Source of the DNA: a phage
Sequence record: NC_100327.1
Reading direction: 5' to 3' (one strand)
DNA: 64,000 nucleotides
Shown here: positions 7,884 to 16,800 of the stretch, one piece after another
Layout of the letters: each line of letters begins with the position of its first letter
Numbering within the stretch: position 1 is the first letter of the stretch
The notes under the pieces: generated by a model
What the model saw: the letters and a program-made list of their open reading frames with translations, nothing else
What the model was told of the DNA's origin: nothing
Databases searched by the model: none
Translations under genes and position numbers: made by a program

Positions 7884-9344
7884 ATGGATAGCAGAAGTTC
7901 AGAAATCATTGCCTCGCAGAAAGATGATGCCCTGAGAATGTTGCAGGCTGCACGTATGTATCTCCTTGAAAAGCTGCCGTTTTATGGCACACTACTGTCA
8001 GGGTTGCAGTTCGTAGAAAACCACACATGGTGCTCCACCATGGCAACCGACCATAAACGCATCTATTACAGTCCTGAGTTCATTATGGGATTGGCTGATG
8101 AACGCAAGGCTATTCTTAAGGCTTCTCTAACTGACGAGCAGTTTGAGATGGCTGAAGTTTTCTATTCCCCAAAATCTGTGAAAGAGGTGGCCTTCCTTCT
8201 GTCACATGAGGTGGGGCATATTATCTGTGATCACCTAGTCCGTGGTAAAAGCTTTGAGCCGGAACTGTTCAATATTGCTTGTGATCACGTTATCAACACA
8301 GGCCTTGTGGTTGACTTTAGCAAACCTCCTTGTGTTTTCTTCCCGAAGGGGAAAAGCACTACGTTCCTGAAAGGTAAGCCTTTTGGCTTCTTAGCCAGCT
8401 GCTACTGCGACATGAAGTTTCATGGATGGATTGCTGAGAACGTTTATGCAGTTCTTGATAAGCAAAGAGATCAGAATAACGGTAAAAGTAAGAACGGTAA
8501 AGGTGAGAACTCTCAAAGTGATAAGCGACAAACCGATGATCGCATGAGTGGGAACGGTGGCACCAGTGATAATCTTGGAAAGGCTATGGGGTATGATCAG
8601 CCACAACCTGTAATCAGCCAATCTGATAAAGATCAGGCCATGCAGGACTCTGGTGATATGCTGGAGGCAGCAATGCAAGCGTCCGGAGGCCGTTGCCCTG
8701 AGGCGGTGCGTGAGTTTGTCAAGAACAGAGGTAAGCCTGTAATCAACTATATAGACATCATTAAGCAACGTATGTTGTCTAAAAGAAAGGCCGAACTGAC
8801 CTACAGAAAACCTGGTCGCCGATCTGGGTCTTTGACCAGCACAATGCGAAAAGTTGGGGCTATAAACAAGAACCAGCACGTTATTGTTCCTGGTCGTAAT
8901 CCGGAAAACACTATAGATATTGTGGTGGCTTTAGACGTTTCTGGCTCGATCTCTCAAAGAACTTTAAAGAAAATGTTCAATGAAATCACCGGATTGTGCA
9001 ATCTGTATAAAGAGTTTAAGGTTACAATGTTCTGTTGGTCAACTGAGGTTGGAGAGGTTAAAGTATACACTCGCGGCAACATAGACGAGATGGTCAACTA
9101 TGAGGTCCACTCAACATGGGGCACAACAGCTGCTTGCGTGTTCGAGTATCTGGATGCCAACATACCTAATGCAAAAGATGTCATCGTCCTGACCGACCTA
9201 TACTTTGAGCATAACTTTGAACAAAAGGTTGTTGACAACAAGTGGAAAAAGTACGATACTCTATGGGTCCTCACTGAGGGGTATAATAAAAATTATATCC
9301 CGAGCTTTGGGAAAACTGTGGAATTAATCGAGTACGCTAAGTAA
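7884..9344 (+). CDS. zinc-metallopeptidase-like plus von Willebrand A domain protein (DUF2201-like, typical partner of MoxR ATPases)
   Basis: HEXXH motif HEVGHIICDH in N-terminal half; C-terminal MIDAS-type VWA motif VVALDVSGSIS; start moved to ATG 7884 with GGAG RBS, outside the GGGGCC-AAT-GGCCCC hairpin at 7856-7870. Confidence 0.65.
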   Translation: MDSRSSEIIASQKDDALRMLQAARMYLLEKLPFYGTLLSGLQFVENHTWCSTMATDHKRIYYSPEFIMGLADERKAILKASLTDEQFEMAEVFYSPKSVKEVAFLLSHEVGHIICDHLVRGKSFEPELFNIACDHVINTGLVVDFSKPPCVFFPKGKSTTFLKGKPFGFLASCYCDMKFHGWIAENVYAVLDKQRDQNNGKSKNGKGENSQSDKRQTDDRMSGNGGTSDNLGKAMGYDQPQPVISQSDKDQAMQDSGDMLEAAMQASGGRCPEAVREFVKNRGKPVINYIDIIKQRMLSKRKAELTYRKPGRRSGSLTSTMRKVGAINKNQHVIVPGRNPENTIDIVVALDVSGSISQRTLKKMFNEITGLCNLYKEFKVTMFCWSTEVGEVKVYTRGNIDEMVNYEVHSTWGTTAACVFEYLDANIPNAKDVIVLTDLYFEHNFEQKVVDNKWKKYDTLWVLTEGYNKNYIPSFGKTVELIEYAK

Positions 9345-9359
9345 GAGAGGAGGTTATTT

Positions 9360-9623
9360 ATGGCAACAGAGTTAAAATTTGCATCAAACCGTAAAACTAA
9401 GAAGTATCTGTCCTCAGTAGCTCCAGGCACTGTGGTGATGTTTGTTGATGAACTTGGGGATGTGAATACAGCACTTGTTGTAAAATCACATCCTGCAAAC
9501 ATATATGTTGGGGTATTTGACCTGTTCAGAAAGGTGTTTGTAGAACTGCCTCACAGTTTGGTTGTTACAGAAATGGATGCCTGCATAGAAATTCTTGGCG
9601 AAGTTATGGTGGAGGAACAATAA
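9360..9623 (+). CDS. small protein, member 1 of four-gene tandem paralog family
   Basis: 87 aa; GAGGAGG RBS; shares MAT...K.KKK...GTVV...VK...F.L...ILGE pattern with next ORF. Confidence 0.6.
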   Translation: MATELKFASNRKTKKYLSSVAPGTVVMFVDELGDVNTALVVKSHPANIYVGVFDLFRKVFVELPHSLVVTEMDACIEILGEVMVEEQ

Positions 9624-9886
9624 TGGCTACCAGCATTGTATTCAATTCTAAGGTGAAGAACAAAAAGCGTGCAGACAGTTTTCCGTGTGGGACCGTGGTA
9701 AGTTGCGACGGAGACGGCATTCAAAACATAGTTATGATTGTCAAAACAGGAGAACATTGTGTGTGGGGGTTCGATTTAGAAAATAATGAGTTGTACGATC
9801 TGCCGCCAAACATGAAAGTTACAGAGCTTGACACCAAAATTACCATCCTTGGAGAGACAAGCTATTCAAAAGAAGGAGGAGAATAA
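9623..9886 (+). CDS. small protein, member 2 of tandem paralog family
   Basis: 87 aa; start overlaps previous stop; conserved CGTVV and ITILGE positions. Confidence 0.6.
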   Translation: MATSIVFNSKVKNKKRADSFPCGTVVSCDGDGIQNIVMIVKTGEHCVWGFDLENNELYDLPPNMKVTELDTKITILGETSYSKEGGE

Positions 9887-10149
9887 TGACCACAAAAATC
9901 ACTATCGCAGAACCGAAAGCTAACACTCAGCCTATCGAAAAGTTTAAGTGCGGTGAGGTGGTAACATTCACACCAGATAATGAAGATGCTAAGATTTTCG
10001 CAATGGTCACAGCTGAGTGGATGTGTGACAACACCACACAGGTTCTGCGTTTTGACACCTATCTTACCGATGAAATCAGGAACGACAAGATTGTGACTGG
10101 TGTGGATACTGAGATTGTTTTCTACAAGAGCTTTTTAGAGGGTTTCTGA
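9886..10149 (+). CDS. small protein, member 3 of tandem paralog family
   Basis: 87 aa; KCGEVVTF and downstream hydrophobic pattern aligned with members 1-2. Confidence 0.55.
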   Translation: MTTKITIAEPKANTQPIEKFKCGEVVTFTPDNEDAKIFAMVTAEWMCDNTTQVLRFDTYLTDEIRNDKIVTGVDTEIVFYKSFLEGF

Positions 10150-10150
10150 T

Positions 10151-10384
10151 ATGGCAAAAATTAGAAAATTATCTAGCAATCAGGTTGTGAAAGACTTCGA
10201 ATCTGGAGAGATTCTTTATGTTCGTGATGCAGATGACGAAGGTGAAGATCTCGTTATGTTGGTGGGGCACGCTGAGGACGGATGCATCCAAGCTGTTTTT
10301 CTTGAAACAGCTATGGTGCACTGGATAGAGCTGGACCTGAAAGCACGAAAACCTAAAGCAGAAATCCTGATTTACGAAGATTAA
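10151..10384 (+). CDS. small protein, member 4 of tandem paralog family (more divergent)
   Basis: 77 aa; GEILYV...LVMLVG pattern comparable with the other members. Confidence 0.5.
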   Translation: MAKIRKLSSNQVVKDFESGEILYVRDADDEGEDLVMLVGHAEDGCIQAVFLETAMVHWIELDLKARKPKAEILIYED

Positions 10385-10400
10385 CAAAAAGGAGATAGCC

Positions 10401-10850
10401 GTGTTGAGCAAACGTGAATGCGACAGCATTAGCCTGAATTCTTATAAGAAACAATGGTTTGGGGTGGAAGTTTGCCGACTGCGGCTAGGCTCCTACCTGA
10501 ACTTCGTTTATTATGAGAGTGACAGTCGTATCGTTTCTTATGAAGTGTTCTACACTAAGAACACATTCGAACTGCGCCGTAAAGTAGATGGCGGGAGAAC
10601 TACCACCCAGAATAATTGGGAAACTATTCTGCCTCCAGATGTTATAGGAAGTCCCCTGAATGTATCTGAAGATGAAAATCTTATGGTTCATGCTATGATG
10701 GGACTTGACAGCTTAGAGCTGGCAATCTATGATATGTCCATCGAAGCAGTTAAGCTGGACTACATCGAAAACACTTTAGAGGAAGGTATCAAGAAGTTTC
10801 TCAGTGAGAAATTAAAAGACCACTTTCATAAGGAGCTATATCTGTTATGA
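10401..10850 (+). CDS. hypothetical protein
   Basis: 149-aa ORF with AAGGAG RBS and GTG start. Confidence 0.5.
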   Translation: MLSKRECDSISLNSYKKQWFGVEVCRLRLGSYLNFVYYESDSRIVSYEVFYTKNTFELRRKVDGGRTTTQNNWETILPPDVIGSPLNVSEDENLMVHAMMGLDSLELAIYDMSIEAVKLDYIENTLEEGIKKFLSEKLKDHFHKELYLL

Positions 10851-11092
10851 AGACCCGTAAAGAACGTAACAAAATTTTACCTGGAGCTCTCGAACACCTG
10901 ATGAAGTGCAGATCTATTTGGCACTCTGCCAAGGAAGGGCAGAAGGTGGTTGTGGTTAGTGACAATACCAACCCGTTTGGAGATTATACCACCATGATGG
11001 CCCCATATGTCCGTGATGGCGTTGTAGAAGTGGTCCCTTACAACGGTTTGCATGAACGGCACTTTGAAAGCGCTTTGCTAGTGGAGCTATAG
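10847..11092 (+). CDS. hypothetical protein
   Basis: 81-aa ORF, start overlaps upstream stop. Confidence 0.45.
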   Translation: MKTRKERNKILPGALEHLMKCRSIWHSAKEGQKVVVVSDNTNPFGDYTTMMAPYVRDGVVEVVPYNGLHERHFESALLVEL

Positions 11093-11094
11093 TC

Positions 11095-11661
11095 ATGGCG
11101 GTCAATGTGGCTTACAACACAGGAAAGCTTGACAGAGACATTGGGTGTCTTGTCCTTTCAGATACAGAAGAGTATTGGGGTTATGGGTTGCTGTCAGACC
11201 CACACCCGAGCAACCTTGTATCAACAGTGCTATACCGCTACGACCCTGTGCCAACGGTACACGACAAAGACATTCACGACCTTCGGATCAAGTGTCTGGA
11301 AGATCTGCTGAACAATGGTTGCAACGATCTGCGGGTAGCCAAGGAGAAGCTTACAAACATTCACAAAGAGGAAGTGATGAGTACCCTCAGTAAAAGATCA
11401 GTGCACAAAAAGATGATGCTGAACTTTGCAATGGGTATCTACATGGATGGGTATAAGGGAGGGGATCCGATCCTCAAGCTTCGCTGCCCGACACTGTGGG
11501 AAAGAGTGGTTGACAGTAAGGACGGTACTGCCCTGCTCGAACTCCACACTGCAGGTTGGATTTGGCGGTATGTAGACGGATACCCTCTGTGGGCATGTGG
11601 ACCTGGGGAATTTGTTGACAGACCTAGCGCGGTGGTGGACTTACTATTGCAGTTTGAATAA
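11095..11661 (+). CDS. hypothetical protein
   Basis: 188-aa ORF in rightward operon. Confidence 0.5.
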   Translation: MAVNVAYNTGKLDRDIGCLVLSDTEEYWGYGLLSDPHPSNLVSTVLYRYDPVPTVHDKDIHDLRIKCLEDLLNNGCNDLRVAKEKLTNIHKEEVMSTLSKRSVHKKMMLNFAMGIYMDGYKGGDPILKLRCPTLWERVVDSKDGTALLELHTAGWIWRYVDGYPLWACGPGEFVDRPSAVVDLLLQFE

Positions 11662-11718
11662 AAAGGTGAGTTATAAGGTATTCATACACCTACCAACAAT
11701 ACAACAGGAGAGACTAAG

Positions 11719-11994
11719 ATGACGAAAGAAGAGGCCGACGTATTAGATTTTGCACTAGAGGCTACGCAGGAGGCTTTGGTGTTAGCTTGGAAAATGAACC
11801 AGCGTGCTGCAGAATGCAACCGCCGCATCAATGAGATCTTGGGCATGTCTATGTATGATTTCACCATGTATGCCGGAGAGATTCCTGAATTAACTGCCGA
11901 GATGAATGATCTTGACGATAAAATTAATATCATTCTGAAGACAGCAGAAACAACTCACCAAACCGCCCGTAAATTTATCAACGAGAAGGTGTGA
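11719..11994 (+). CDS. hypothetical protein
   Basis: 91-aa ORF, GGAGAG RBS. Confidence 0.45.
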   Translation: MTKEEADVLDFALEATQEALVLAWKMNQRAAECNRRINEILGMSMYDFTMYAGEIPELTAEMNDLDDKINIILKTAETTHQTARKFINEKV

Positions 11995-11996
11995 AT

Positions 11997-12461
11997 ATGG
12001 ACTACAGCTACTGCGGGGAAGAAGTCCCTTTTAATTACAGCAATCTTACCACGAGCAATCCATATGAGACTCGCCACGGCACGCACATCATTGCCATCGA
12101 CTTTGATGGAACGTTTAATGCGAGCCCTTTCATCTTCTCCAGCCTGATCAGGGATCTGAAGAAGGAGGGGTGGACAGTCTACCTTGTGACTTTCCGATTC
12201 ATTACTCAAGACAATGTAGACATTGAGTATTGGCGCAAGGAGCTCGATGTTGGTGTGTTCTACACAGGTGGTGTTCAGAAGGCAGCCTACCTGGCGCAGT
12301 TTGATATCTACCCAGATATCTGGATTGATGATTCTCCGGCATGTATTCCGGCTAAGAATCAGTTAGAGTTTGCAATGAAGGAGATTGAGTATAAGTCTGA
12401 GGCTAAGCGGAACGGATGGCCCTTTATTATTGAAGATTACCCAGATCCTGAACCGGAGTAA
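11997..12461 (+). CDS. HAD-superfamily hydrolase-like protein
   Basis: Motif I IAIDFDGT (DxDGT) near N-terminus and IWIDDS near C-terminus; ATG 11997 with AAGGTG RBS. Confidence 0.55.
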   Translation: MDYSYCGEEVPFNYSNLTTSNPYETRHGTHIIAIDFDGTFNASPFIFSSLIRDLKKEGWTVYLVTFRFITQDNVDIEYWRKELDVGVFYTGGVQKAAYLAQFDIYPDIWIDDSPACIPAKNQLEFAMKEIEYKSEAKRNGWPFIIEDYPDPEPE

Positions 12462-12466
12462 GAGCC

Positions 12467-12637
12467 ATGAGGCGAAGATATCATTACCTGATGTGGAAGT
12501 TATATCAAAATGCTGCCAAAGCCTATCATATCATGTTTGGCAATGACGATCACTACATCATGTTACATCTCACCGCTATTGAGCATCACAATGAGTGGAT
12601 TCATGCAATCGTGGCAGGTGATAAAGACTTTAAGTAA
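12467..12637 (+). CDS. small hypothetical protein (56 aa, below ORF-track cutoff)
   Basis: ATG at 12467 with GGAG 9 nt upstream; fills the otherwise non-coding gap; His-rich. Confidence 0.35.
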   Translation: MRRRYHYLMWKLYQNAAKAYHIMFGNDDHYIMLHLTAIEHHNEWIHAIVAGDKDFK

Positions 12638-12687
12638 AGTATACCTCAAAAACGTATAGTGCGGCTTTCTAGACGGAGACTGATTAA

Positions 12688-13068
12688 ATGTGCAAGTGTA
12701 AATCCTATAATTGGAAAGTGAAAGGTGCCAAGCATCCAAATGTTATCGTTGATGTGCCTAAAAATCTTCGTGACGGCAAAAAACGTGTGTGCCTTGATAA
12801 GTGTATGGCTAAGCCTATCATGAGTTTGTGGGCAGCAGGTTTGAAAACGCTAAACTGCTGCTGTGGTCATAACAAAGATATTCCAAGCATCATTATCCCA
12901 GAAGATGCAGATCCTAAAGCTTATGCCAAAATACTGACCCGCTATCCCAGCACCTTCCTGATCGGAAAATGGTGTCACGATGAACTCCAATGGTGGATAG
13001 CCTATGGTAGTATAGGCACTACTTTTGGCTTCCCAGCTTTGTCAGAGCGCTATGTCAAAGTGTCATAA
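12688..13068 (+). CDS. cysteine-rich hypothetical protein (possible zinc-binding)
   Basis: 126 aa with CxC, CLDKC and CCC clusters; GGAGAC RBS. Confidence 0.5.
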   Translation: MCKCKSYNWKVKGAKHPNVIVDVPKNLRDGKKRVCLDKCMAKPIMSLWAAGLKTLNCCCGHNKDIPSIIIPEDADPKAYAKILTRYPSTFLIGKWCHDELQWWIAYGSIGTTFGFPALSERYVKVS

Positions 13069-13077
13069 TAGAATTTA

Positions 13078-13095
13078 AGGCCTCAAACGAGGCCT
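13078..13095 (+). terminator. intergenic hairpin, weak terminator candidate
   Basis: AGGCCTC-AAAC-GAGGCCT stem-loop after the stop at 13068; no immediate U-run. Confidence 0.3.
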
Positions 13096-13172
13096 GTGCC
13101 TTCATAAATTTCTCCACCCTGTGCGATTGCCTTCCTGAATAAAATACCCTCTCAGATCTCTTAAAATTAAGC

Positions 13173-13201
13173 TTGACACCACCACCAGATCTATATATAA
13201 T
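13173..13201 (+). promoter_or_regulatory. consensus sigma70 promoter (TTGACA-N17-TATAAT)
   Basis: Perfect -35 at 13173-13178 and perfect -10 at 13196-13201 with 17-nt spacer, ~30 nt upstream of the 13230 start. Confidence 0.65.
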
Positions 13202-13229
13202 TCTCACCAACCAAACAGAGGAGATCGTC

Positions 13230-13637
13230 ATGGATAATCTTGCAGATGTAAATGTCGAAATTGTTAAACTAAAGTTCTTGGGCTTTCGAGACCCTTATTC
13301 TTTAACAGCCATACTAATGGATACTCACTTCACACCAGGTAAAGAGTACACTGCCTTCCGTTATATTTGCGGAGATCACGAATCAGCTTACAGTGTGAAT
13401 ACAAACCTCGGAGAGGGATATTTCATCAGAGATATCACAGATCACTTGTGGGGTATGTGGGAGTTGGTGGAGGAAGAGAATAAATCCCTTCCTAAAGAGA
13501 TTTGGGTGCACACCTTCCACACAGGTAAGTTTGGAGGTACGGAACATAAGTCTATCCACTATGATGAAGAAAGTGCCATCAAACAACAAGCTGTGCTTGG
13601 TGGATCTATAGAAAAATTTGTTAAATGCGAGGACTGA
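13230..13637 (+). CDS. hypothetical protein
   Basis: ORF 13173-13637 trimmed to ATG 13230 (MDNLADV...) with GAGGAG RBS; upstream part is the promoter. Confidence 0.5.
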   Translation: MDNLADVNVEIVKLKFLGFRDPYSLTAILMDTHFTPGKEYTAFRYICGDHESAYSVNTNLGEGYFIRDITDHLWGMWELVEEENKSLPKEIWVHTFHTGKFGGTEHKSIHYDEESAIKQQAVLGGSIEKFVKCED

Positions 13638-13640
13638 GAA

Positions 13641-13841
13641 ATGGCTGATTTTTGTAAAGATTGCTCTGAAGAGTTGTTTGGCTTTGACTGCAAAGATTTG
13701 GAAGGTCTGATCACTGAGGATCAGTGGAAGGAAGGCTATGCAGCACCTGTTATTTGTGAAGGTTGTGGCTATACCTATGTTGACCATAAAGGTAAGCGCG
13801 TCAAGCCGTCTGAAGATGGGGCATGTTGGGAGTATTACTAA
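13641..13841 (+). CDS. small zinc-ribbon-like protein
   Basis: 66 aa with CxxC (CKDC) and CxxC (CEGC) pairs. Confidence 0.45.
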   Translation: MADFCKDCSEELFGFDCKDLEGLITEDQWKEGYAAPVICEGCGYTYVDHKGKRVKPSEDGACWEYY

Positions 13842-13845
13842 CTAT

Positions 13846-13879
13846 AAAAAGAAAGGGGCCGTTTGGCCCCTTTTTATTT
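13846..13879. terminator. bidirectional rho-independent terminator between convergent early and late blocks
   Basis: GGGGCC-GTTT-GGCCCC hairpin 13855-13870 flanked by A-run upstream and T-run downstream. Confidence 0.75.
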
Positions 13880-13888
13880 ACCCCCTTG

Positions 13889-16800
13889 TTAACGAGAAAA
13901 GGTTGCGTAGGCTTCTAGACGATACTGCTGGTCACCAGGGAACATAACACCTATAGAGGCTGTCCCTAGAATCCTGCCTTCCTTTCCAGACTCCATTCTG
14001 AACCCTACCCATCCTGAACTCCTTGCAGCCTCGATGTTGTCGCTATACCCGAAAGTGGCAAGATCGTCAACACCAGCCCCAAACAGCAACTGAAGCTGAC
14101 TTCTCGGAAGCCCTATAATTTCAGGAATATACGCACCAAAGTACACCATCTGCCCTACCTTAGGACCGCTGCCGTACTCCATCGGTTTGCTTGTAGAGAA
14201 AGTCTTCATACCAGAAGTACCTGCCGGATTAGGGTATGCCCCATTTGTTGCTGTACCTATCCACATTCTCCACTGTGGTGCCATCTGTTTGACAGTAAAA
14301 GATGTTGAAGACGTTTTGCGCCCTGCATCATCAGTAACTACAAACTTTATGGTGACATTCCCAGTAGCTTTAAATGTTACCAGCCCTGTGGCAGCATCCA
14401 CTGTTGCAATGTTGGTATTACTACTTTCCCAAGTCTTTCTAATACCGGATACGTTGGAAGGGGTAATAGAAGGTTCCTGCATCTGCAGTTTACCACCCAC
14501 AATCCCTATGCCGTTACCTGGATTATACAGCACACCAACCTCGTCTACAATGTTCCCTGCTTTGAGACTATACTTCCTTGAGAAGTTGTAGGTTCCGTTA
14601 TAAGTGTGTGTCCCTGAGAAGGTGACATCTGCCTTCCCGTAAGAGATGCAAACCAAAGCATACTTCCTGTCAGGCAACGTTTCTCCAGTCTCTGGGTGAG
14701 TTTTACCCACCTGGAACACGCTCGGGTCAGTAGAGTCGTGACTATCGCTAATGGAGCTTGGACCTCCCATCAACTGTGACAAACAATTCCTTACCCATGT
14801 CCAGTTATTATCACTGGAGAAGTCCACAGTCAAATCAAACACAACCCACTCATTCGGCTTCCACACAGGTGTTGCAATGGACTTGCCTACACCACCTCCT
14901 TGGAGTGTTGCCGACTGTTCGGTGATCAGGGCCGCATAGGCCAGAGTCCCTAAACTCAGAGTCTGGCTTGCTGTCCTCACTACCTTAGAATCAGCATCTG
15001 TGAAGTTGTTGATGATTTGGAATGTGCCATAAGTGTTTTTACAGGTAATTCTGGCGTTCAGCGTGTCAATCTTCCTCACATCTGCCATAGCAGTGTTAGA
15101 CACAGAGAAGTCAGAAGCTTTAGCTGAGTTTGCCGCAACAGCAGGATCAACGTTAAGAGTTGCGTTGAACTGACAGGCAGGGGTAACCAGCAGCTTGTTA
15201 TCACCTATTTGCTTCCATGAAATACTTTGGACAGGTAGATTCCATTTAATACCTGAGAAAACTTTAGCAACCCTTGGCCCCAAAGCTCCAGTCCTGTTGT
15301 CTTTACAGCACATAGACATGGTGATCGTTGACGGAGTTGCCTGACCGAACAATTCCTGTGCTTTTGCAGAGGACATAGTGTAGAAATTGTCCTTAACAAA
15401 CTCATCAGCGGCTAAAGATCCGTCAGCCCTCCACCACTGCACCTGGTACCCGGTCTTATCCCAGCCACCGACCTGCTTCAGGTCTTCCCAGGAGATTTCC
15501 AGATCCCCAGTGGTAGGGTTGATTGCAGCAGCCCCTGGTGTTCCAGAGGACCATAATGGGATATCGAACCACGCTGGTTTAGCAGACTGCACTGCGCTGG
15601 GACCTATTGCGGCAGCAAGTTGCTGGCCCATCAATACGCGAGCATCTTTCACCAGACCCCACTCGATCATAGACCCAGAGTAACCTTCTTTCTTGTAGGC
15701 TGAGGATCCGTTCAAATGGATGAGTCGGCTTGTGCCAAAGTTATGTGCTCCACCACCGTTGTCGTCTGCAAAATTGGTTATGATTCTATCCCTGATATTT
15801 TTCCATGCCCTGCCCCCAATCTCATAGTCATGGTCATAACATCTTTGCAGTGTTGTCCAGCAAATGATCGCCATCCTTCTACCATCGCTGAATCCAAAGG
15901 CCTGATCGTTAAGCTCTCTCCACAAGTAGCAGTTAGTGGTCCACATGGCCCTATGAATGTTAAACCAGTTTATAGATTTGGCTGAGTTGTCCCACTGAGT
16001 CCCAGGTAATTCAGGCCATACTGCATTAACCAGCATGTCTTCTGTTCCTGCATCAACCAAGAACCCTCTTACCTTCTTACCCATGCCTACCCTATCTTTT
16101 GCAATCCAACTGCCAAACAATCTCAGTTTTGGACCATAGACAACATCTTCCGGATGCTCAAAAGAAATATATTTTAGGTATATTGTAGGGTCACCATAGG
16201 TGCCATCACAAACAGCTTTGTGCATGTTCTCGCCAAGGTCTAGACGAAGTCCTGTTACAACTTTAGATGTGTCGGTGAATTTGTCTGTTAAATCAAACTC
16301 ATACCACCACCAACCTGCACCCAACAATACTTTCTTACAACGCTGTGCATCTGTATCAGATATTCTCTTATCACCTGCAAAAGGCGAGTCAGCAAACTGA
16401 TAGTGCAGAGCAATCTCAAAAGGATGTGTGGATGTCCCGTTTTCTGCAAGAACTTGTTTACCTATTAAGTCGCACTTAATGATCATCACAACACGTTTGT
16501 ACCCGTTTGTTACCGGAATTTGCATAGACATGGATGTCCCGTCCATGTTTGATCTCAGTGCAGTCATGATGATATAAGGGTCAACGGCATTGCCCAGAGT
16601 CTCAGGACCGGGGATTATCTTATACTTCTTGACCTGCCCCATGATGTAGTCACTTGCGTAAGTTGCCGCATTCAAGCAAGATCCCCCACCAGGTAACTCA
16701 CCAGGTCCCCAGAAAAATGCGCCGTAACAGTTGTAGAACCACTTGTTAGGATCGTATTTATTCTTGAAGGTCTGAACCTCGTTGGCCTGTTTTGTCAAGA

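Noticed and set aside
12688-13068. Cysteine-rich 126-aa protein as an M15-type endolysin
   Set aside because: It lacks the His/Asp zinc-ligand pattern of M15 peptidases; kept as an uncharacterised zinc-binding candidate.
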